Shown in pieces: positions 57,173-64,000 of a DNA stretch of 64,000 nt. Location: IMG/VR virus record IMGVR_UViG_3300034096_001618, positions 1 to 64,000 of that record. One strand, given 5' to 3'. Within the stretch, counting starts at the first letter, position 1; every line of letters begins with the position of its first letter. Both the position numbers and the translations under genes were made by a program. This DNA comes from a virus. Below the pieces are notes generated by a model that had not been told where the DNA came from, made no database searches, and saw nothing but the letters and a program-made list of their open reading frames with translations.

Positions 57173-57913
57173 ATGACTAAAGAAAGATATCAAAATCCAA
57201 ATTGCGGTGATACCATCAATCTACGACTGTTTACTTATAACAGCAACAGTCGTAGAGATGTTAAAGAAATTACCCAAGTACAAATCTTTACTATTGATCC
57301 AACTTTAAAAAGTGAATCCAATCCTGAAGGCCTAAGACTGGTAGAAACAATTTCTGGAGCCAGTGTTGTTAAATCTAATACAGGCGAATATATCTTGTCA
57401 GTTTTTCTTGACCAAGAAATTTATGGCGTAGGATCATATTATGATGTATGGAATGTAGTTTTTGAAAATGGCGATTGCCTAAGTAATAGTATAAATAATA
57501 AATTTAACATTTATGCTGATCTTTGGTTTACTACGCCAACGCCAATAATTTATGATTTTAATTTTGCATTTAGACCCAATCGAATCAGAAAAGGCACTAA
57601 ACGCTACATTCAGATTGCGGTCACACCAAATGTTCCACGAGGTGCCGATCTATTAAAGTATTACGAAAATATCGCCATAGTCTCCGATATTAAGATATCA
57701 ATGGAAATGTACTGCGGGGAATGTGTACCAGCAGAAAATGACCTAAGATTGATTATAGATCGGCACCTAGTGGACTATCGTGAAGATAGCTATGCATATT
57801 GGTTTTTAGATACAACTCAATATGATGAAGGAATTTATAACATTTGGTTTGAAACTACTTCTGGCGAAAGCACATATGTTTCAGAAAAATATGCTCTTCA
57901 AATCTACAACTAA
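57173..57913 (+). CDS. putative virion structural protein (Ig-like beta sandwich)
   Basis: G.Y and YYDVW beta patterns; TAGATA upstream. Confidence 0.55.
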   Translation: MTKERYQNPNCGDTINLRLFTYNSNSRRDVKEITQVQIFTIDPTLKSESNPEGLRLVETISGASVVKSNTGEYILSVFLDQEIYGVGSYYDVWNVVFENGDCLSNSINNKFNIYADLWFTTPTPIIYDFNFAFRPNRIRKGTKRYIQIAVTPNVPRGADLLKYYENIAIVSDIKISMEMYCGECVPAENDLRLIIDRHLVDYREDSYAYWFLDTTQYDEGIYNIWFETTSGESTYVSEKYALQIYN

Positions 57914-57990
57914 CTGATTTTTTCTTTACAAGTTTAATTTTTTCCTGTACATTTCTCCTAGATAGCATCCGATCAAAGAGAAACAATACT

Positions 57991-59610
57991 ATGTCTGTTT
58001 CGACCACAAAGCTTGATTTTTGGATCGTCAACAAAATCAATGTAATGTTTATCGGTCGCCATGGCGTTGGAAAAACAGCCATGGTAAAAGAATCTTTTGA
58101 TAGACACAAGCTCAAATGGCAATATTTTAGTGCTAGCACCATGGACCCATGGTGCGATTTCATTGGCGTTCCTCGTGAACGTACTGAAAATAAAATTTCC
58201 ACAGCCTTTGAAATCGTTCGTGATATAGCCAAAGTTGAACCAACTGCTGCTATAACCTATGTGGTGGAAAATTGGAAACTTGATGTAAATCAAGCAAAAT
58301 TAATGGTTGAACATGCTTTAAGACCTGAGGGACAAACATTTCTTGACATTGTTCGACCACAACTTTTTGCAAGTGGTGACATTGAAGCATTGTTTTTTGA
58401 TGAATTTAATCGTAGCCCTAAAAAAGTTCGTAACGCTGTAATGGAACTGATTCAATTTGGCTCAATTAATGGTCATAAATTTCCAAAACTTAGATTTGTT
58501 TGGGCCGCTATTAATCCAGATGATGATGAACAAGAAAAATATGATGTAGAAGTTCTAGACGCAGCGCACAAAGACCGTTTTCCTGTTCAAGAATATATTC
58601 CTTACAAACCAAATGCTGAATGGTTTAGGAAGAATTATGGTCAGCGTCTTGCTGATTCGGCTCTCATTTGGTGGGATGAACTCACTGATGAAGTAAAGCG
58701 TAACGTAAGTCCTCGCAGACTCCAATATGCCATGGACATGTACAAATTAAAAGGTGACGTTAGAGACGTATTACCAATCAACTGTAATGTCAACAAATTG
58801 CTAACTGCTCTAAAAACTGGCCCAATTACTGAGAAATTAGAAGAATTAATCTCTACTCGTGACGAGGCAGAAACCAGTAAGTTTCTCGAAAATGAAAATA
58901 ATTTCTCTTCAGCAATTAAACATATTATTAAATCTGAAAGCTTCTTGGAATTTTTTGTTCCTCTTATGCCTAATGAAAAAATTAGCAGCCTTATGGCTAC
59001 AGATGAAAAAATCTGCAACCATATCATCAATAATTTAGACAAGGTCCCAGCCTTTCATAAAATTAGTAAAGAAATTATGAAAGCCAATCTTGATGCCTCG
59101 CTCGTAAAAAAGCTTCGTAGATCTTTGACAGAAAACGAAAATTTAGCCAAGGCCTTCGCAAAAGATGCAATTGAATGTCCCAAAGCGCCTATCCAAATTC
59201 ATTTCAACAAAAGAAAAACTAATTGGACCAATGATTTAGTTCTGATTAAATCAATGCCAATAGATAGCGTCAACCAAAGATTTGCAGTTTACGAAAAAAT
59301 AAAAAATGGTATCCCTGAAAAAATAACACAAGAAGAATCTATTGAAACTTTAAAAATAATCAACAATATATTTTCAAATAACAATATTATAGGAACAACA
59401 CAAGAACGAGATCGTTGGCAATTTGCTTCAATTGTAGCAGATTCAGCTTTCGATAAAATTTTCGGCATCATAAATCATTGCCTGCATAATATGCACAAAG
59501 AAAGCAAACTCTCTATTGATGAGATTATTAAAAACAATGACAACAATTTTAATGAATTGTTTAAAACAATTAATCAATTGGGCCTCAATTTCAAGCTATC
59601 TGTTTCATAA
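57991..59610 (+). CDS. MoxR/dynein-related AAA+ ATPase
   Basis: GRHGVGKT, FFDEFNR, NA.MEL, AA.NP, LD.A..DRF, SPR. Confidence 0.9.
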   Translation: MSVSTTKLDFWIVNKINVMFIGRHGVGKTAMVKESFDRHKLKWQYFSASTMDPWCDFIGVPRERTENKISTAFEIVRDIAKVEPTAAITYVVENWKLDVNQAKLMVEHALRPEGQTFLDIVRPQLFASGDIEALFFDEFNRSPKKVRNAVMELIQFGSINGHKFPKLRFVWAAINPDDDEQEKYDVEVLDAAHKDRFPVQEYIPYKPNAEWFRKNYGQRLADSALIWWDELTDEVKRNVSPRRLQYAMDMYKLKGDVRDVLPINCNVNKLLTALKTGPITEKLEELISTRDEAETSKFLENENNFSSAIKHIIKSESFLEFFVPLMPNEKISSLMATDEKICNHIINNLDKVPAFHKISKEIMKANLDASLVKKLRRSLTENENLAKAFAKDAIECPKAPIQIHFNKRKTNWTNDLVLIKSMPIDSVNQRFAVYEKIKNGIPEKITQEESIETLKIINNIFSNNNIIGTTQERDRWQFASIVADSAFDKIFGIINHCLHNMHKESKLSIDEIIKNNDNNFNELFKTINQLGLNFKLSVS

Positions 59611-59646
59611 ATGAGAAAAATTAGTTGTCATCGTTGAGGAATAATT

Positions 59647-60984
59647 ATGAGTGTTCTGGATATTGCAGTATCAGAAAAAAATGATGTTAAAATAACCAAT
59701 GAAGAGTGGTTTGAAATTAGCAGCGCACTAGAGCCTCATCATGCCGTTTTCTATAAAGTCTGGCAGATGGGCAAACCAATATTCAATGAAGAAATTTCAA
59801 CCGCTGCCGTTCAATTTGACGAAGAAGGAAAATTTATATTGTTTTATTTTAATCCTAAATTTTGGAAGTCTCTAGATCTTTACAATCGTTTATTTGTCAT
59901 TTGCCATGAAGCATTGCATATTGTTCTTAATCATGGCATTAGATCAAAAGATGATAAAATTAATCGACAAGCATGTAATACTGCTATGGATATTGTTGTA
60001 AATCACACACTTATTCGTAACTTTGGATTTGAACGAAATAAAATTACAAATGGAGAAGAATACTGCTGGGTCGATACAGTATTTAAGGATCATGAAACAT
60101 TACCACCAAGCAACAATCAATTTGAATTTTATTATAATCTTTTTGAAAAATTTTATGGTGACGGCAATATGGGCGATGGTGAAGGAGGTGGACCAAAAAC
60201 TGTTGATGATCATGAATCCATGGGAGAAAAATCTGGGAATTGGAACAAATTTATCGATCAATTAAATAATGGTCTTTCAGATGAAGAAAAAGAAAGTCTA
60301 AAATCAACAGTAGATAAACATTTTCAAAAAGAACCACCAAAAAATGATAACTCAAATCTAAATTCACCCGCTGGTTCCAATACTGGCGGTCTGTGGACTT
60401 TTGCAAGTGCTAAGAAATATAAAAAAATTCTTAAATGGGAAACTGTTATCAAAAAATGGGCGCAAAAAAGAATAATAGAAAGTTATCGTGATGTTGAACA
60501 ATGGGCAAGAACCAATAGACGCATGACGCTTCTCCCTAAAGAAATGATTCTACCAAGCGAAATGGAAGTCGATGAACGTGATTATGTTGAAAATAAAATT
60601 GATGTTTGGTTTTTTCTTGATACAAGTGGATCATGCTGGACTCTAAAAGATAGATTTTTTGCTGCTGCTGAATCTTTGCCAGAAAAAAGATTCAATGTAA
60701 GACTATTTTGCTTTGATACGAATGTGCAAGAAACCAACTTAAAAGAAAGAAAGATATATGGAGGCGGAGGCACTTCTTTCAGCATCATTGAACAATATAT
60801 TCAAAGAACTATGCAAAATGAAAATGTTAAATACCCCAACGCTGTTTGGATTTTAACAGATGGTTATGGAAATCAAGTGAAACCATTGCATCCTGAAAAA
60901 TGGCATTGGTTCTTAACAGAAGGTGGAGTTAAAAATTACATTGACGAAAAATCAAATGTCTTTAGTCTTAAAGATTTTGAATAA
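59647..60984 (+). CDS. HEXXH metallopeptidase-like plus VWA domain protein (DUF2201-type)
   Basis: HEALH, N.A.D..VN, DTSGS, GGGTSF, TDG. Confidence 0.9.
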   Translation: MSVLDIAVSEKNDVKITNEEWFEISSALEPHHAVFYKVWQMGKPIFNEEISTAAVQFDEEGKFILFYFNPKFWKSLDLYNRLFVICHEALHIVLNHGIRSKDDKINRQACNTAMDIVVNHTLIRNFGFERNKITNGEEYCWVDTVFKDHETLPPSNNQFEFYYNLFEKFYGDGNMGDGEGGGPKTVDDHESMGEKSGNWNKFIDQLNNGLSDEEKESLKSTVDKHFQKEPPKNDNSNLNSPAGSNTGGLWTFASAKKYKKILKWETVIKKWAQKRIIESYRDVEQWARTNRRMTLLPKEMILPSEMEVDERDYVENKIDVWFFLDTSGSCWTLKDRFFAAAESLPEKRFNVRLFCFDTNVQETNLKERKIYGGGGTSFSIIEQYIQRTMQNENVKYPNAVWILTDGYGNQVKPLHPEKWHWFLTEGGVKNYIDEKSNVFSLKDFE

Positions 60985-60989
60985 TTGAC

Positions 60990-61562
60990 TTAATTATTTT
61001 CGTCTAATTTCAATTGTTCTTTATCAATGAAAAATGAATCATCAAGCTTAAGAAGCTGTTCAAGCGCAACTGCTGTCCACTCACGATACTTCATTGAATA
61101 ATTGAATTGATTCCCTGCTAATTCTTCTGTTAATACAAATGCCAACCAAGGCTTTCTTGTCTTTTTCCAACACATCATAGGCTTACGACCACAACGCTCA
61201 CTATCACTTGTCGCTTGCTTTAAAAAATTATCTAATTCACTATTGCCATTTATAAAAACAGAACTCATGTCAATACCATCGTATCCGCCTTTGGATTCAA
61301 TCACAAACTTGAATCCTTTCATGACTACGATATCACCAGAGAAAACCTCTCTTGCGTGAGCAGGAAGAACAGCTTGGCTCCATCTTGCCCCTGATCCAAC
61401 AGTTCTGCTAAAAGGTTGACCAAATCGTTCAGTTAAAATCTTAGTTAAGTCTAGTTCTGTGCGACTGCCTTTTTTCTTGCCATTTACTTTTTTCTTTTTC
61501 TTGTTCGCAAGAAGGCTGTCGTCTTGAACAAAATCATCATATTCTTCAAAGTCATGTTTCAT
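60990..61562 (-). CDS. Holliday junction resolvase-like PD-(D/E)XK nuclease
   Basis: KGSR.E, R..GSGA, GDI, IESK, Q...D. Confidence 0.8.
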   Translation of the reverse strand: MKHDFEEYDDFVQDDSLLANKKKKKVNGKKKGSRTELDLTKILTERFGQPFSRTVGSGARWSQAVLPAHAREVFSGDIVVMKGFKFVIESKGGYDGIDMSSVFINGNSELDNFLKQATSDSERCGRKPMMCWKKTRKPWLAFVLTEELAGNQFNYSMKYREWTAVALEQLLKLDDSFFIDKEQLKLDENN

Positions 61563-61578
61563 AATTTAATTGAGTAGA

Positions 61579-62715
61579 TCATCGATTTATAATTACACTC
61601 ATATCTTCTAATTCTTTTCTTTTACATTCTAAATCTGCTAAAAGTTCTTCAAATTCATTTTTACTAATTGAATTTTCTTGAGTCAATTGCTCACAATATT
61701 GTCTGATGTTATTGACGACATCTATAATTTCATCACACTTTTTATTCAAAAGATCTAACCTAAAATTACTCATGACTTCAATTTCCTCTACTTTTTCATA
61801 CTGTTCACATTCATTCAGTTCACTAATAATGTTAAAATTTGAAGAATATGATTTAATTTTAAAATGCTTTCCATCATATTGCCAAGGTTTCATTTCCCCT
61901 TTTTGAATTTCATATTTGTTAACTTTTCTTATATGATTTTGCTTTTCATCAGTTTGGAAACACCAAATTTGGTTTTCTGGTATTTCAATTAATTTTTGAG
62001 ATTTAGGGAATCCTTTTATTAAACCAAATTCTTTAATTGATTCTTCCCAAATATTAGGCTCTGAAATAAAGAAAATTTGTCCCAAATATTCCCGACAATC
62101 CACTATCCATAAAGGTCTATGTTGATTTCTAAAAAGCCACAACCATCTCTCGCCAATTGGACCTCGTTTTCCAACAGCGACAGCCATATGGCCTTCATTT
62201 ATCAAACTAAATGCTTCTTTAATTCCAGAAAGAATATCAGAACAATATTCCGAATCAAATATATCATCTGTGTTTTGAGAATTTTCAATTATTCTCAATA
62301 GTATTTCTGAATCACAATTTGATTTTACTTCATATTTTTGTCTGAGAGATTGATACTCACAATCATCAATTCTGCCATTGTGAATTAAACCTAAAGATTT
62401 GTCTGAACTTGTAAATGGATGATTGTTAAAATTATGAATTGGTTCGCCAACACCCTTAGAAGCGCCACGAGAATGACAAAGTAAAATATTTAAATTATAT
62501 TTTGACAGATTTTGCCAAACATCTTTTTTTACAAAATCTTTTGATCTTGTTGGTTCTTTGTGAAAAACAACATGACCTTCAATGCCTTTTTCTACACCCC
62601 AGAAACCACTTGCATCAATTCCACGAGATTCACTTTTCTCAAATAACTTAGAGATAATTTTAAAACTTATAATCGGTTTTTTGGATTCACCAATAAACCC
62701 AGCTACACCACAAAT
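61579..62715 (-). CDS. class II (Ntn) glutamine amidotransferase, AUU start
   Basis: Frame open 139 codons upstream of the track start: (ATT)CGVAGF, SRGIDASG, HSR, NNHPF, HNG.I, DSE. Confidence 0.85.
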   Translation of the reverse strand: MCGVAGFIGESKKPIISFKIISKLFEKSESRGIDASGFWGVEKGIEGHVVFHKEPTRSKDFVKKDVWQNLSKYNLNILLCHSRGASKGVGEPIHNFNNHPFTSSDKSLGLIHNGRIDDCEYQSLRQKYEVKSNCDSEILLRIIENSQNTDDIFDSEYCSDILSGIKEAFSLINEGHMAVAVGKRGPIGERWLWLFRNQHRPLWIVDCREYLGQIFFISEPNIWEESIKEFGLIKGFPKSQKLIEIPENQIWCFQTDEKQNHIRKVNKYEIQKGEMKPWQYDGKHFKIKSYSSNFNIISELNECEQYEKVEEIEVMSNFRLDLLNKKCDEIIDVVNNIRQYCEQLTQENSISKNEFEELLADLECKRKELEDMSVIINR

Positions 62716-62788
62716 ATGTCACCTGATTTACCAAACTTGTAAAAGATTGGAATGGCACCTTTCATTGCCTTTAAATAAAATTTACTTT

Positions 62789-63367
62789 TTACATTGCATC
62801 TAATTGACCTGTACTTCCGCCAAGTGGAGGTGCGGCCATGTCTTGTCCAGTTCCACCTACTGGCGGAGTACCCTGCTGCGCTTGATCCATTGTTTCTGGA
62901 GTTGGAGGTGCGCCTGCTGCTGCTGGCGATGCTGCTGGCTCAGACTGCGGTGGTTTTTCTGGTTTATTTTCTGTTGCCGCCGTAGTTTTAGTTTCTTTGT
63001 TTTGATCTTTAGGTGATTCAGTAGGCGTCAATTTGTTGATTGGCACACCCATATCTGCAACTAATTTTTCTAAAAGTGTAGAAACAGCACTTATTGTTCC
63101 GGGTAAATCGTTTTTTTCATCAATCGATTTCATTATTGCAACGCCTGCCTTTTGAAGAACCACAAGATTCTCTCGTTCATCTTTAGGCCAACTACTGTGC
63201 AATACACGACGAATCAAATTAACAATACGCATAGAATATTGAGTTAAATCTCGTGATCCCATATTCTGAGCATCATCACGCAATTCTTGCAAAGCAGCAA
63301 GAATATCTCCTACTTTTTGTGCTAAATAGGCTTGTGTTTCAAATAATAAAAAATCTTTAAATCTCAT
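62789..63367 (-). CDS. CTS-bearing protein with P/A/G tail
   Basis: MRFKDFLLFE; TAGATA 4 nt upstream. Confidence 0.75.
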   Translation of the reverse strand: MRFKDFLLFETQAYLAQKVGDILAALQELRDDAQNMGSRDLTQYSMRIVNLIRRVLHSSWPKDERENLVVLQKAGVAIMKSIDEKNDLPGTISAVSTLLEKLVADMGVPINKLTPTESPKDQNKETKTTAATENKPEKPPQSEPAASPAAAGAPPTPETMDQAQQGTPPVGGTGQDMAAPPLGGSTGQLDAM

Positions 63368-63999
63368 AGTTTATCTATAGTTGCTCCAACATTTTTATTT
63401 TTAACAGCAGCCGCTATTAATCCCTTAAAAAGAGGCGAAGCTGATAACAAACGAGACTTAAATTCAGGATGCGCCTGAGCGCCAATAAAATAAGGATGAA
63501 TAGAATTATCCATTTCCATGATTTCTACCAGCCCCGATCCTGTACTTGCTCCAGAAACATGAAATCCTTTTTTTGAATACTGCTCAATAAACTCGGGATT
63601 TACCTCATACCTGTGCCTATGACGCTCATTAATTATTTTATTTCCATACAACTCTAAAGCCAAACTTTCTTTCTTTAATTCACATTCATAAGAGCCAAGC
63701 CTCATATTAGCCGACTTCTTCTCTAATTTTTCCTGACCATCAACAAAATGAACAACAGGATATTTGGTTTCTTTGTTAAACTCTAAACTGTTGGCATCTT
63801 CCATTAAACAAACATGTCTCGCAAATTCAATAACTGCCATTTGTAAACCCAAACAAATCCCCAAGAAAGGAATTTTTCTTTCTCGAACATATTGTATAGC
63901 TTTAATTTTTCCTTCTGTACCACGGTTATCAAAGCCACCGGGAACAACTATCCCATCCAATCCTTCAAAATACTTATGAAGACCACGACTGTCTTTGTA
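63364..63999 (-). CDS. pyrG: CTP synthase, C-terminal glutaminase domain (partial)
   Basis: VPGGF..RG.EGK, GICLGLQ, MRLG, ERHRHRYE, Q.HPEFKSR. Confidence 0.95.
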   Translation of the reverse strand, partial: YKDSRGLHKYFEGLDGIVVPGGFDNRGTEGKIKAIQYVRERKIPFLGICLGLQMAVIEFARHVCLMEDANSLEFNKETKYPVVHFVDGQEKLEKKSANMRLGSYECELKKESLALELYGNKIINERHRHRYEVNPEFIEQYSKKGFHVSGASTGSGLVEIMEMDNSIHPYFIGAQAHPEFKSRLLSASPLFKGLIAAAVKNKNVGATIDKL

Positions 64000-64000
64000 T

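Noticed and set aside
1-64000. Stop-codon reassignment
   Set aside because: Standard-code ORFs tile the window, and conserved genes are intact with TAA, TAG and TGA all used as stops
1-64000. tRNA/rRNA genes, integrase, transposase, reverse transcriptase/DGR
   Set aside because: No cloverleaf/T-loop or catalytic motifs noticed; intergenic spaces are short (by eye only)

Overview
AT-rich, gene-dense segment of a large T4-like myovirus (jumbo-type phage). It is not a cellular chromosome. Recognisable core: gp13-like neck, gp14-like head completion, gp15-like tail terminator, tail sheath, two tail tubes, a gp26-like hub/tail-assembly chaperone with a -1 frameshift extension, a gp55-like late sigma factor, a MoxR-type AAA + VWA pair, a PD-(D/E)XK resolvase and the CTP synthase C-terminus. 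Accessory genes include a sugar-modification cassette, three further glycosyltransferases, trypsin, subtilase and HEXXH proteases, a McsA-like protein, a COOH-NH2 ligase and a class II GATase. Several genes suggest a Planctomycetota host (inference). The most notable hidden structure is: (i) about 16 proteins with T4-type N-terminal capsid-targeting peptides, including a tandem pair of aromatic micro-proteins; (ii) a TANATA late-promoter motif 4-5 nt before many start codons (leaderless mRNAs), plus an orphan hairpin displaying GGAGGUGA in its loop; (iii) a late-expressed aminotransferase/acetyl/methyl/pyruvyl/GT cassette paralleling the Mimivirus fibril glycosylation cluster; (iv) an AUU-initiated Ntn amidotransferase; (v) a programmed -1 frameshift. 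All family assignments come from motif recognition by eye; no searches were run. No tRNA, rRNA or CRISPR array was seen.
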